Source: a virus
Taxonomy: Duplodnaviria; Caudoviricetes
DNA length: 64,000 nt
IMG/VR virus record: IMGVR_UViG_3300038345_000144
Strand: one strand, 5' to 3'
Positions 29,299-38,635 of this stretch are shown piece after piece. Every line of letters begins with the position of its first letter. Within the stretch, counting starts at the first letter, position 1. Both the position numbers and the translations under genes were made by a program. The notes beneath the pieces were generated by a model. The model was given only the letters and a program-made list of their open reading frames with translations, did no database searches and was not told the origin of the DNA.

Positions 29299-29535
29299 CT
29301 ATATATAGCGTTTTGCTTCTTCAAAACTGTTATAACTACAAGATGTAGTACCTTCACTTAATCGAGAAACAAAGTAAAACCTGCTACCCTCGTTTGTAAC
29401 ATCGGCTACAATAATTGCAGTATCTTCGTCCTGAATATTAACACCAAGCACCCTAATCGTAGACTCTGGATAGGCACTCCTGAACAATTTTTTGAATTCT
29501 TCTCTTAATTCCATAGCCTGTTCTTCGGTAATCAT
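29299..29535 (-). CDS. hypothetical protein
   Basis: 78 aa with RBS. Confidence 0.7.
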   Translation of the reverse strand: MITEEQAMELREEFKKLFRSAYPESTIRVLGVNIQDEDTAIIVADVTNEGSRFYFVSRLSEGTTSCSYNSFEEAKRYI

Positions 29536-29536
29536 A

Positions 29537-30025
29537 TTAAACCTCTTTCTTTATGTATAAGTGCCAAGCCGTATAACAGTCATCGTCAGAAGGCTCTGCG
29601 TCCTCATACTTCTGGATGTAGCCCAAACTTCCCATCAAGGCTTTGCAATAAAGATGTTCGTGCTTCCAGTCGCCCATTATAATATGAATATGAACTCCCT
29701 CATCATCTTCGTAAAGTTCGTCCACCATTCCATAGAAATTATGGTCACGGAAGTATTTTTCAATGAATTCTTCTGTTGTCATAGAGCCATCATTTTCAGG
29801 GGGAGCCAATTCTTTCATATCATAAGTACGGAGTTCGTCAGTATTCAAAACACCGTCAAGTAAAACAAAAGTACCCCAAGTACCCTTATCATTCTGACCA
29901 TCACGCTCATCTAACGCTCTCAAATCCGAGGGGATAGTGCCAGGTCCGATACCGTGTGTGGTAAAATACCAATATCTTCTCTTCTCGTAAGGAACTTCAT
30001 CTGAATATCTTGCAGGCTTTTCCAT
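29537..30025 (-). CDS. protein with DarA C-terminal-like (polyvalent protein-associated) domain
   Basis: YWYFTTHGIGPGTIP...WG...LNTDELRTYDM resembles the DarA_C pattern. Confidence 0.45.
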   Translation of the reverse strand: MEKPARYSDEVPYEKRRYWYFTTHGIGPGTIPSDLRALDERDGQNDKGTWGTFVLLDGVLNTDELRTYDMKELAPPENDGSMTTEEFIEKYFRDHNFYGMVDELYEDDEGVHIHIIMGDWKHEHLYCKALMGSLGYIQKYEDAEPSDDDCYTAWHLYIKKEV

Positions 30026-30026
30026 A

Positions 30027-30410
30027 TCAATTCTCCTTATTTTCTGCACATTTTGTCGGGTGGTATTCTTTCCACTCTTCCAAAGTTACGCTAAATTGGT
30101 TAAGATAATCCTTAACGGCATTACCTACTCTATAATCTGGGTCATCTATCAACTGGTCTAACCCATAGCCCTGTGAAACCACCATCGCTCTAACATACCA
30201 GTCCGTATCGTTAATCAGAATATCAAGACCATATCCTCTACTGGCAACCATTGACCTGATAAATGGGTTCACATCATAAACCAACTTATCCAGTCCATAG
30301 CCGTGACTCGCCGCACCTCTGCGGATATAATCACTCTTGTTATCCACAATTTTATCTAACTCTGGGTCTGTTCCGTAAGGTGTCCACTCACAAGTTTTAG
30401 ATATATACAT
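30027..30410 (-). CDS. LRV/HEAT-like 22-aa repeat protein
   Basis: three GYGLDxLxxDxxxxV/IR repeats. Confidence 0.7.
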   Translation of the reverse strand: MYISKTCEWTPYGTDPELDKIVDNKSDYIRRGAASHGYGLDKLVYDVNPFIRSMVASRGYGLDILINDTDWYVRAMVVSQGYGLDQLIDDPDYRVGNAVKDYLNQFSVTLEEWKEYHPTKCAENKEN

Positions 30411-30420
30411 AAATTCCCCC

Positions 30421-30885
30421 TTAATGGTCTAAAAAGTTTCCAAGACCGTACTTTGTTCCGTTAAAATCAGTGTATTCAGGCTCGAAAGTAATTCTGCCAG
30501 TGATATATACAACTGTTCTCTTACCGTTCTTCTCAAAATCGGCTAATAAGAACTTGCTGTCGTCAACCTCGCCTGTGAAGTCCTCAATATATTCAATATA
30601 TTTAGTAACCCAAGTTTTTATGGCTACCCAGAATATGTTTCTACCAATCTCACCGATATATCTTTGATTTTTGGAAAACTTCATAACAAAGGTAATCTCT
30701 GGGTCAATGAATTTTTCGAGATTTTGCTCAAATCGCTCTCTACACTTCTCTGCAAGAGCCTCATCACCATATCCCCATTCTGTACCGTCAGAACACCATT
30801 CCTCAAACCAGCCTAACAGGTACTCTCTATCGTCTTTATCGTCCATAGAAATTGTTGCTGTAAGAACAAGGTCAGTAAATTTCAT
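30421..30885 (-). CDS. hypothetical protein
   Basis: ORF with RBS. Confidence 0.75.
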   Translation of the reverse strand: MKFTDLVLTATISMDDKDDREYLLGWFEEWCSDGTEWGYGDEALAEKCRERFEQNLEKFIDPEITFVMKFSKNQRYIGEIGRNIFWVAIKTWVTKYIEYIEDFTGEVDDSKFLLADFEKNGKRTVVYITGRITFEPEYTDFNGTKYGLGNFLDH

Positions 30886-30898
30886 ACAAAATCTCCTT

Positions 30899-31489
30899 TT
30901 ATGCTAAATATTCCTTAAATTTTTTTATTCGCAAGTCTTTACATTCATCTTCACCTAACATTTCTCTATCGCCAATATAGATACACATAAGGAGCAATTT
31001 AACTTTACCCAACTTGTCTAATTCGTCGGTAAATTTGGAATATGCGTCGTGACACCCCCAAGCACCCCAACGGCTTGCGTGTTTCTCTTGCCACTCTGAT
31101 TTAATTTCATAGGCACATTTTTCAACAAGTGGGAGGTCAATTTCTTTGATACAATCATATACATCGTCAATGCCAATACTCATACCTGCTCCTAACCAAA
31201 TTTCATTTCTACATACAGCATCAGTGAGTAAAGGAAAAGATTTGATTAACAAGTCTTCTTTCTCTCGATTAGTTAGTCCATCAGGGACAATAAAATCACC
31301 TAATTTGTCTAACTCCGCAAAAACATCTTCTATGGCAGGAGCCATATATTGTTCAGGATGGTCAACAATCCATTGTAACTCGGCTTTTGTTAAACCTGCA
31401 TAGTCGCTCATATCCAAACGACTTTTATCTATACCTTTTGCTTTAAGTTGGTTTTGAAAATAGTCCATTGAACCTGAATAGTCTCTCAT
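30899..31489 (-). CDS. hypothetical protein
   Basis: ORF with RBS. Confidence 0.75.
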   Translation of the reverse strand: MRDYSGSMDYFQNQLKAKGIDKSRLDMSDYAGLTKAELQWIVDHPEQYMAPAIEDVFAELDKLGDFIVPDGLTNREKEDLLIKSFPLLTDAVCRNEIWLGAGMSIGIDDVYDCIKEIDLPLVEKCAYEIKSEWQEKHASRWGAWGCHDAYSKFTDELDKLGKVKLLLMCIYIGDREMLGEDECKDLRIKKFKEYLA

Positions 31490-31502
31490 ACAAATACTCC
31501 TT

Positions 31503-31895
31503 TTATTGTCCTAAATTTTCATTAACTAATCCATCAAATATGAATTGGAATAGAAAATCATCGCAAAACTCTCTGAAGGCTTCCATATTGGTTTCATAAT
31601 AACCCTCTTTCTTCATTTCATCAATAACATCAGGGTCATCAACAACCTTATCAAAGATTTTCAAAAAGTCGCTGTCTGGATAGTCGGTATAGACATCATC
31701 CAGTACCTCTTCTTTGAGATTTTCCACATCATCTTCAGACATCATTTCTACTGGCTGATAGTCATAAAAATCTCTGCCTGATGGGTGGCTGATGGGCTTA
31801 CACCACTTCTCGTTCTCAAAAGATAAACGATATTTTAGGTTTTCCATAACATTGTCATAGTAACCATTATTTTTAGCATATTGAAGTGTCAACAT
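31503..31895 (-). CDS. hypothetical protein
   Basis: ORF with RBS. Confidence 0.75.
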   Translation of the reverse strand: MLTLQYAKNNGYYDNVMENLKYRLSFENEKWCKPISHPSGRDFYDYQPVEMMSEDDVENLKEEVLDDVYTDYPDSDFLKIFDKVVDDPDVIDEMKKEGYYETNMEAFREFCDDFLFQFIFDGLVNENLGQ

Positions 31896-31907
31896 ACTGG
31901 TATCTCC

Positions 31908-32246
31908 TTATAATTCTAACTGCAAACCTATCCTTACGGGATAAGGCTGTCCATAGATTTCGGTTTCTATACAAGCCGAGTTGGTATGAACATAAACACC
32001 CTCATAAGAGTCTTCCTCTCTTTCCCAAGTAAAATCAAACTGCTTATAGTTCTTTAACAAGAACTCTCTTACTTGGGTATTCCTGATTTTCATACAAAAA
32101 TCTTTGAACTCCTCTAAACTGTTGCAAGGAGCGATAACACCCTCACCCCCGATGGATATACCACCAGAACGAGTGTTTGCAATACCTAATTTGGTATATA
32201 TCTCTTTTAACTGATTACCAAGTTCAATACATTCTGTTAATCTCAT
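31908..32246 (-). CDS. hypothetical protein
   Basis: ORF with RBS. Confidence 0.7.
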   Translation of the reverse strand: MRLTECIELGNQLKEIYTKLGIANTRSGGISIGGEGVIAPCNSLEEFKDFCMKIRNTQVREFLLKNYKQFDFTWEREEDSYEGVYVHTNSACIETEIYGQPYPVRIGLQLEL

Positions 32247-32257
32247 ACCATATCTCC

Positions 32258-32782
32258 TTATTTATTGCCCCAGCGTAGATAGAATGGAACGCCATTATAT
32301 TCAGTACGCAATACATCGCCATCTAATTTACCACCTTCATCAAAGACACTCTGAACAAGCGTAGCAAATTCGTCTTTTGGAGATTGTCCATAAAAATCAA
32401 TGGTAACAAAACTTCCATTTAACTGAATTTGGTAGGAATAACCACTTAAATCCCACATTCTTTTAGCAATACTGATTACTCTATCGCAGGCTTCTGGAGT
32501 TAATGCTTCTTTGGGACAATTTGAACCCTCGCTCCAAGTACAATTCCACCAACGAACCCCTTTAAGATGATTTTCGCTGGATAAAACGGTCTTAACCCCA
32601 AGATTTTGCCACAGTTCTGATATGTGCTTTGCATCACGGTAAAAAGATATGATACAGGGTTCTTCATTCCCGTGTTCATAATACATACCAATATCTACAA
32701 ATTCTTGTATGATACTATGCAATTCTTGAAATAACGGTATGCAATCGTCACGAAGTTCAATCAATTTCTTTTCTGTAAGCAT
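32258..32782 (-). CDS. hypothetical protein, paralog of 37563..38057
   Basis: KLIxL/IRDxC, GV/IxW, AKR and YxGV shared. Confidence 0.75.
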   Translation of the reverse strand: MLTEKKLIELRDDCIPLFQELHSIIQEFVDIGMYYEHGNEEPCIISFYRDAKHISELWQNLGVKTVLSSENHLKGVRWWNCTWSEGSNCPKEALTPEACDRVISIAKRMWDLSGYSYQIQLNGSFVTIDFYGQSPKDEFATLVQSVFDEGGKLDGDVLRTEYNGVPFYLRWGNK

Positions 32783-32794
32783 AAGAATTCTCCT

Positions 32795-32983
32795 TTATAA
32801 GTCCCAATAGCCGTATTCAACAGCGTATTTATACACTTCTTGGGCAAAATCGCTGGCTACTTGCTGTGCTTCAATAAACTCACGAAAATAACCCAAGTCC
32901 TCAAATACAGTTGGAGTTATATGAACTTTAATGTTGTTGTATTTCATTACACTATTCAATATATAGTTTGGGAGGGTTTCCAC
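32795..32983 (-). CDS. hypothetical protein
   Basis: short ORF tiling the operon; start uncertain. Confidence 0.5.
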   Translation of the reverse strand: METLPNYILNSVMKYNNIKVHITPTVFEDLGYFREFIEAQQVASDFAQEVYKYAVEYGYWDL

Positions 32984-33125
32984 TATTGAAATTATCTAAA
33001 CGAATATCCCCAAACTTATCTGAAACCATAATAACAGCGTCATCAGGAACCGATGCTAACCATTTCTTCAACTCGGCTACTGTAACCGTGTCATTCTGTC
33101 GGAGATAGAATAATACCTTTTCCAT
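32952..33125 (-). CDS. hypothetical protein
   Basis: start MEKVL after AGGAGG. Confidence 0.6.
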   Translation of the reverse strand: MEKVLFYLRQNDTVTVAELKKWLASVPDDAVIMVSDKFGDIRLDNFNSGNPPKLYIE

Positions 33126-33136
33126 ATAAACCTCCT

Positions 33137-33700
33137 TTAAGGCAACCATTCATAAAGTACGCCACAATCACCAACATACTTGCCCTCTCTGGTCTCAACT
33201 TGGAACTTAATTTTCGTATGAGTGTCATTAGGGTCAATGTAATACCTACCATTATAGTAGATTACACCTGTAAGGGCTGTGGAGTCTTCTCTGCCATCAT
33301 AAGCAGGAATAATGAGCCTAATATCCTTATTGAGTTCTTCAAGATAATCAGGAACTACCATTGTTTCCATAAACTCAACGAATTTCTGGCACTTACCAAG
33401 CATAGTAAGTACATCGTCAAGGTTCATTTCGCTTGTCTTCTTACCGTCAATCTCACCCTCATAGAAGGTAGCAATACTTACCGAGAAGTCCTCGCAATAA
33501 TCGTTAATCCCCAGCCTGATATTGATGTTATACTCAACATCATCTATGGTTTTAACGAACTTATAGGTTTTTGATGTTAAAGGAAGAAGATTTCTATGAA
33601 TTGAGTCGTCTATAAAGTCCTTTTCAACTCTGGGGTGAGGTGAGTTATCAAAACAACTCTCATAGATGTTTGATTTTACTGAAAAAGTATCGTACAGCAT
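33137..33700 (-). CDS. hypothetical protein immediately downstream of array 1
   Basis: 187 aa; AGGAGG RBS. Confidence 0.8.
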   Translation of the reverse strand: MLYDTFSVKSNIYESCFDNSPHPRVEKDFIDDSIHRNLLPLTSKTYKFVKTIDDVEYNINIRLGINDYCEDFSVSIATFYEGEIDGKKTSEMNLDDVLTMLGKCQKFVEFMETMVVPDYLEELNKDIRLIIPAYDGREDSTALTGVIYYNGRYYIDPNDTHTKIKFQVETREGKYVGDCGVLYEWLP

Positions 33701-33756
33701 ACTAATTCCTCCTAAAAATAATGTAGTTTCTTATTATTAGCATAGAAACTGAATAG

Positions 33757-34133
33757 TGTCAACCTCCATAACTGGAGAACAGAACTGGAAACATCCAATT
33801 TTCCACAAACATTTTCTCCAAGAAAAACCCCCATTCACACGGGGAAGATACGGTAGATTTCATACTGGAAGGTGTAAACAATGAATAACCTCCGCAGATA
33901 CGGAGAATTCTTGAATATCCCGCAAAATAATGGTACTCGATTGATAAACCCCCAACAAGTGAGGAAGGTGTCCAGCGGTTTTAGAGTCGGTTGCTCTACC
34001 TGAAAAACCCCAGCAATAAGGGAAAGTGTGATGTCAGCATCTTGACCGAACAACCCCCAAAAAATGAGGAAAGCAGTCTAACCGTGTCCGAGCCTGGTGT
34101 ACTACCTGATAAACCTCCGAGAAATCGGAGAAG
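33757..34133 (-). CRISPR. degenerate type I-E-like repeat/spacer array 1 (7 repeats, no cas genes)
   Basis: + strand units GAnnAACCYCC-N-GRGGAA/GGAGAA starting near 33757, 33822, 33883, 33943, 34002, 34048, 34108; mostly ~60-bp period; reverse complement resembles GTTTTCCCCGC..GCGGGGGTGATCC. Confidence 0.75.
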
Positions 34134-34145
34134 TTAATTGATTTT

Positions 34146-34484
34146 TTAATCGTCTACGAGCATTTCCCAAGCCCTGTCGTCTTCTACTACCTTCTGGACC
34201 AAAATAAATGCTTTGAGAGCGTCAAACCAAGTAGAATTAACAAAGTTCTCGGCTTTACCCATAACCCAAACACCTTGATAGGTTAAATTGCAGGTAAAAT
34301 CATAGCCGTCAACTACTAACGGAACTTCATCAGTGTCCCAACCGTTTGCTTCTGCTGTCTTGTAGTCAAAGTGCTCGTCTTCTTTGACATACTGGGCAAA
34401 TGTCTTATAGGTCATCAATAACTCATAGTTATAACCAGAGTCATCACAAACCTCAATAATATCGTTATAAGGAATATAAGCCAT
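34146..34484 (-). CDS. hypothetical protein immediately upstream of array 1
   Basis: 112 aa; stop codon 12 bp before the first repeat. Confidence 0.75.
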   Translation of the reverse strand: MAYIPYNDIIEVCDDSGYNYELLMTYKTFAQYVKEDEHFDYKTAEANGWDTDEVPLVVDGYDFTCNLTYQGVWVMGKAENFVNSTWFDALKAFILVQKVVEDDRAWEMLVDD

Positions 34485-35212
34485 TATTCGTCCTCCTCAT
34501 CTGTTTCTTCACGCTCATCATAGTCACTCTGCTTGTAAGCATAATAGCCGTCTCCGAGGTCAATTTCTCTGCCATCATATCTTGAGATAAAGTGAGCAAT
34601 ACCGTCTACATCAATACACTCATCAACGATTGCGTCCATATCAAAAGAGATGGAACCATTCTTAACGAGTTCACGCATTTCAGACTTACCGAACTCCTGA
34701 ATGAACCACTCACCGTAACTGCTGTAATTATTGGCTACATCTTCAACGAGATAATCAACCAAGAGTTCTTCAGGGTCGTCTTTACCGATATATTTACCGT
34801 TCTCGTCAATCTCTTCTTCCTTGATTACACCAGCGTCAACACATTCCTGAATTAAGCGGTTCTCATAGGTTCCTGATACACGGTCAGGCTCGTCAGCGAT
34901 GTCACTGGCATAACCCTCGTAGTCTTCTCTACAATAGTCCTCAAACCAATCATCATCAACAGCATTGGATAAAATCCATTCAACAAATTCAGGTGTGAAG
35001 GCGTCAAGTCCTAAATCGTCCATACAGTTATCAATGTCTGCATAAGTAGCCTTTTTACCCTCATCTTCGGTAAGTACCCAGAATGTACCCTCTGGAGTTC
35101 TAAACTCTGTTGACCAGTCTTCGTAGCCCCACTCTTTAACCTGAATTTCTGACTCTTTAATGTCCAAATAATCAGCCAACAATTTTACTCTGTCTTTAAT
35201 GTTATCCAACAT
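34484..35212 (-). CDS. conserved phage-type acidic protein
   Basis: VLTEDE...DGIAHFISRYDGRE pattern; start MLDNI after GAGGAG. Confidence 0.75.
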   Translation of the reverse strand: MLDNIKDRVKLLADYLDIKESEIQVKEWGYEDWSTEFRTPEGTFWVLTEDEGKKATYADIDNCMDDLGLDAFTPEFVEWILSNAVDDDWFEDYCREDYEGYASDIADEPDRVSGTYENRLIQECVDAGVIKEEEIDENGKYIGKDDPEELLVDYLVEDVANNYSSYGEWFIQEFGKSEMRELVKNGSISFDMDAIVDECIDVDGIAHFISRYDGREIDLGDGYYAYKQSDYDEREETDEEDE

Positions 35213-35216
35213 AGTC

Positions 35217-35423
35217 TTACTCCTCATCATTAAAAATCTTATCTAACTTTGTACGCCAATCCATAGGAAATCCAGCATACATAGGACAACCCTCTGGTTT
35301 ACCCCATTCACCAAATTTCATAAAGATACACTTATCACAGCCTGTTTCTTCACAATAGGCAACCAAACCATAAGCACACTTACGAGCATATCTATCATTG
35401 TCATTAGGCTTCTTTTTAGTCAT
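35217..35423 (-). CDS. small Cys-rich protein
   Basis: YC..GCDKCIF..GC..PMDW; paralog of 38455..38634. Confidence 0.65.
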   Translation of the reverse strand: MTKKKPNDNDRYARKCAYGLVAYCEETGCDKCIFMKFGEWGKPEGCPMYAGFPMDWRTKLDKIFNDEE

Positions 35424-35793
35424 AACGCCACCTCGCTATATCTTCATATTCTACGGTGATTTCGGCTATATAATAATACTCGTTAGAGCCTGTTAAGCCT
35501 AATTCTTCAAAATCTGCCTTGATTATAAAAATCATACTGTTGTTGTCATAAAGAGCCTGGTTGACCTGTTCCTCGGTAAGCGTTCTACTGGGATTTGCTC
35601 GGTTGTACTCTTCAAGATTAACCAAGTTTGTTTTACCATCTCGACATCTGGAGATGAGATTATCGGTAATGATTTTTAGCGGGCTTATACGACACTCAAG
35701 GTCACTTAAATCACTATTGCTTAACATAGTGTTTTGAGGAATTTTGGGTAAGTGCTTGGTCAAATCAAACACGCCTCCTACTTTAATGTTCAT
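35416..35793 (-). CDS. hypothetical protein
   Basis: ORF with RBS. Confidence 0.7.
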   Translation of the reverse strand: MNIKVGGVFDLTKHLPKIPQNTMLSNSDLSDLECRISPLKIITDNLISRCRDGKTNLVNLEEYNRANPSRTLTEEQVNQALYDNNSMIFIIKADFEELGLTGSNEYYYIAEITVEYEDIARWRYD

Positions 35794-35804
35794 AAACTTA
35801 CTCC

Positions 35805-36113
35805 TTATAAATAATCGTGAACAAAGGTGTTAATCTTCTTTTTGTCCTCTTCAGAAACCTTATAGGTCTTAAAGAACTCTCTCAAAACATCAGATAACTC
35901 TGCGGGTCCAAATATTACACCATTATCATCGTCAATCATTTTATATCTTGGAGAATATCTGGAAAGCCATTTTTCGTCATCACACAGTATTCTGATGCCA
36001 TTATATTGTGTCTGGGCTTCCATATAGAAAGTATCGTTCAGACAACCCTGCTCATAGGCTCCGTCCTGAAAAAAGACATCAACGATTTCATTTTCTGATA
36101 CTTCGTGTGCCAT
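35805..36113 (-). CDS. hypothetical protein
   Basis: ORF with RBS. Confidence 0.7.
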   Translation of the reverse strand: MAHEVSENEIVDVFFQDGAYEQGCLNDTFYMEAQTQYNGIRILCDDEKWLSRYSPRYKMIDDDNGVIFGPAELSDVLREFFKTYKVSEEDKKKINTFVHDYL

Positions 36114-36123
36114 AGGCTTCTCC

Positions 36124-36432
36124 TTATTCTTCTACCAGTTTGCCAAGATAAGCAACTTGAGCGATTTTTCCCTCTAACTTGATATACTGTCTCAATTCTG
36201 GAGAGGGTTCAAAAGGCTTTAGACCTTTGTATTCCTCATCAAATATAGTTCTGATGTTTCCAAAATAATCAGTCAACAGAGATACTTCAAGTTCGTTATT
36301 GAAGATTGCTAACATCTCATCGTCAGCACCCTCGGTCATCCAATCCTCACAGCCTGCTAACTTTGCCTGCTCTGCACGGAACTGCCTGATTAAGGCACAC
36401 TGTTCTTTATTCAATATGTTGCCCATATTCAT
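36124..36432 (-). CDS. hypothetical protein
   Basis: ORF with RBS. Confidence 0.7.
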   Translation of the reverse strand: MNMGNILNKEQCALIRQFRAEQAKLAGCEDWMTEGADDEMLAIFNNELEVSLLTDYFGNIRTIFDEEYKGLKPFEPSPELRQYIKLEGKIAQVAYLGKLVEE

Positions 36433-36450
36433 ATCCTTTCGTTATACCAT

Positions 36451-36510
36451 TTATACCTGAAAGGGTATAATCTGTCCTAATTCCTGCTAAATCATACCCT
36501 ATCGGGTATA
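36451..36510. promoter_or_regulatory. pair of ATACC-N6-GGTAT palindromes 40 bp apart
   Basis: TTATACCTGAAAGGGTATAA (36451) and ATCATACCCTATCGGGTATA (36491). Confidence 0.45.
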
Positions 36511-36618
36511 TAAGGCTTGTAAATCCGTTTCTGTCGGACTTTCTCCAAACATTCTTTCAAATGTTTCAATCAGTTCAAGTCTTTTTTCTTTCTCTTCAGG
36601 GGTTAATTCTTTTTCCAT
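36499..36618 (-). CDS. 39-aa small protein (not in ORF track)
   Basis: MEKELTPEEKEKRLELIETFERMFGESPTETDLQALYTR; GAGG RBS; fills an operon gap. Confidence 0.55.
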   Translation of the reverse strand: MEKELTPEEKEKRLELIETFERMFGESPTETDLQALYTR

Positions 36619-36620
36619 AA

Positions 36621-37193
36621 TTAAACCTCATCATAATCTATTCCATTTTTCTCCAAACAATTAAGACCGTCCTTGTGAAGCATCATACGGTCTCCACTAT
36701 CATAGTCGTACCACAGACCCTCCTCATCAAGACATCTTTCAGCCTCGGCTCCGTCACCTGTTCTAAAGATTACTCTATAAACAGGGTCGGCATCGGGGTC
36801 ATAATCAAAATTCTCTTCAAGTTGGTCCAAAATGCTCTTAACCAGTTCATCTTTATTTGTAATACAAGACTCAAATTCTATATTGGTATTACGCTCCAGA
36901 TAAACAGGAAGGGTCTCAAAATCAGAGTCCAGATAAACATTCTCCAAAAAATTCTTTAAGTCTTCTGGGTCTTTGATAGTGCCTTCTTTTAATAAATAGT
37001 CTATCGTAGTCTGCTTATCTAATTTAATGAGAGGATATTCGATGATAATATCATCTGCTTCTGCCTCAAGGTCATTTGATATAACCCTAATTCCATTATC
37101 TAATATAAATTCGTGAGCCTCTGGTGGTAAAAAATCTAAAATGAAGTCTACCATACCACAAAACTCACAAAAGTTACCAATTATTTTTCCCAT
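36621..37193 (-). CDS. hypothetical protein
   Basis: ORF with RBS. Confidence 0.75.
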   Translation of the reverse strand: MGKIIGNFCEFCGMVDFILDFLPPEAHEFILDNGIRVISNDLEAEADDIIIEYPLIKLDKQTTIDYLLKEGTIKDPEDLKNFLENVYLDSDFETLPVYLERNTNIEFESCITNKDELVKSILDQLEENFDYDPDADPVYRVIFRTGDGAEAERCLDEEGLWYDYDSGDRMMLHKDGLNCLEKNGIDYDEV

Positions 37194-37218
37194 AATACGC
37201 TTCTCCTTTAATCTTTTC

Positions 37219-37548
37219 TTATCTATGCCAAACGCTTATAACAGCCTCATAAGCAGAATTAAAGATAGACAGAACACTGTCAGGGTGGGCTAATTGATAC
37301 TCATATTCAATATCCTTAACACCTTCAGCACTCTTTACGCCGATTGCTGTATGCTTAAACGCCTCTTTTAAGGCATCAAACGACTGATATGTATAAAAAA
37401 CATCATCCAGTACGCCATCTTCGGCTCTGTCTAATGCTTGGTGGACCACTCCCCACGGAACATCAGGTCTAACACCTAACTTCTTGGCAATTTTGTTCTG
37501 ATACTCTCTAAACGAGTGGTTGTCGTTGATTAACACGCAGTAATACAT
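37219..37548 (-). CDS. hypothetical protein
   Basis: ORF with RBS. Confidence 0.7.
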   Translation of the reverse strand: MYYCVLINDNHSFREYQNKIAKKLGVRPDVPWGVVHQALDRAEDGVLDDVFYTYQSFDALKEAFKHTAIGVKSAEGVKDIEYEYQLAHPDSVLSIFNSAYEAVISVWHR

Positions 37549-37562
37549 ATTAGTTCTCCTCC

Positions 37563-38057
37563 TTAAATCCTATTTTTTATCAGCCAAGATACTCCACCGT
37601 ATTTTGATGTATATACGCCTGCCTCTGCTGTTTCTTTCAAATCAGGGAAAACTTCCTTCAATAACTTAACCAGTCTTGGGTTATCGTCCTCTTGGAACTG
37701 AAGTGCTGTTTGTCTTGAAATGGTAATATTGCAAGAAGGCACACTGATTTCATCAAGTCTCTTGGCACACTGAACCAAGTTATTCAGGATGGTGTTATCT
37801 AAAGGCTGTTCGGTTACTTCGTTATCCCCTGTTCGATTTATCCAGTTAATGCCTCTATAACGGTAAACGCCATCGCCAACATCAGTTCCCTGACCGTTAA
37901 ACATCGCTTTGAAAGTAGCATTATCCTTGTAATATGTACCAATAATTGTACCAACGGCTATAAAACCATAACTGTTGATAATGCCCTTAATATAAGAACT
38001 TAACTCTTGGCATAAACAATTATCCCTGATGTTAATTAACTTCTGTTTTGAAATCAT
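37563..38057 (-). CDS. hypothetical protein, paralog of 32258..32782
   Basis: shared motifs with 32258..32782. Confidence 0.75.
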   Translation of the reverse strand: MISKQKLINIRDNCLCQELSSYIKGIINSYGFIAVGTIIGTYYKDNATFKAMFNGQGTDVGDGVYRYRGINWINRTGDNEVTEQPLDNTILNNLVQCAKRLDEISVPSCNITISRQTALQFQEDDNPRLVKLLKEVFPDLKETAEAGVYTSKYGGVSWLIKNRI

Positions 38058-38068
38058 AGGTCTTCTCC

Positions 38069-38443
38069 TTATCGGGTCATAAAGATAACAATTCTACCAC
38101 TTGAAAGGTAATATCCGTCCATTGAAGAAGGCAGGTTACATACCAAGAAATCACATAAAGACTTCTTTGAGTCTTCATTGTCCGTATAATCTAAATACTT
38201 TTTAAGCAATTCCTCGCCTGAAGTATGGTCAGCCCAATACTCTAAAAAGTCCTCATAATAATCAAACAACTGGAAGAATACCCAAGCGTTCTTATCAAAT
38301 CCTGTATAAGCACTGCCTATCATATCAAAGAGTTCTTCGGCTTCCGCAGGAGTTAGTTTATAAATTGTACCCCTTGCTCCCATATCATCTTCGGTAATAG
38401 TGGTTAGATATTTAATAAATTCGTCTTTGTCTTGTTTATTCAT
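38069..38443 (-). CDS. hypothetical protein
   Basis: ORF with RBS. Confidence 0.7.
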   Translation of the reverse strand: MNKQDKDEFIKYLTTITEDDMGARGTIYKLTPAEAEELFDMIGSAYTGFDKNAWVFFQLFDYYEDFLEYWADHTSGEELLKKYLDYTDNEDSKKSLCDFLVCNLPSSMDGYYLSSGRIVIFMTR

Positions 38444-38454
38444 ATTTGTTCTCC

Positions 38455-38634
38455 TTAATCAAACCAGCCAAAAGGTTGACCATATCCGTCGCTGTCCTCA
38501 AACATACAGGTACGGTATGGGTTGTTTTTCACATCGAAAGGACAACCAACACAACCTTCAGGCTCCTTATTTTTACAATACTCGGAAATGGCTCTTGCAT
38601 AAGCCATTAACTTTACGGCATTATCATCATCCAT
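38455..38634 (-). CDS. 59-aa Cys-rich protein (not in ORF track)
   Basis: MDDDNAVKLMAYARAISEYCKNKEPEGCVGCPF...C...QPFGWFD; AGGAG RBS; paralog of 35217..35423. Confidence 0.65.
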   Translation of the reverse strand: MDDDNAVKLMAYARAISEYCKNKEPEGCVGCPFDVKNNPYRTCMFEDSDGYGQPFGWFD

Positions 38635-38635
38635 A

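Noticed and set aside
33137-33700. Possible Cas6/Cas5 next to array 1
   Set aside because: No glycine-rich loop or other RAMP signature is visible, and I recognise no cas gene in the window.
33968-34001. Spacer resembling a tRNA fragment (GGTAGAGCA..CTCTAAA on minus) and containing GTTTTAGAG (type II repeat start) on plus
   Set aside because: The anticodon stem does not pair and there are no acceptor or T arms; a 9-nt match is within chance.
33835-34053. 72-aa ORF across array 1
   Set aside because: It runs through repeat/spacer units, has no clear RBS, and has no equivalent in arrays 2 or 3.
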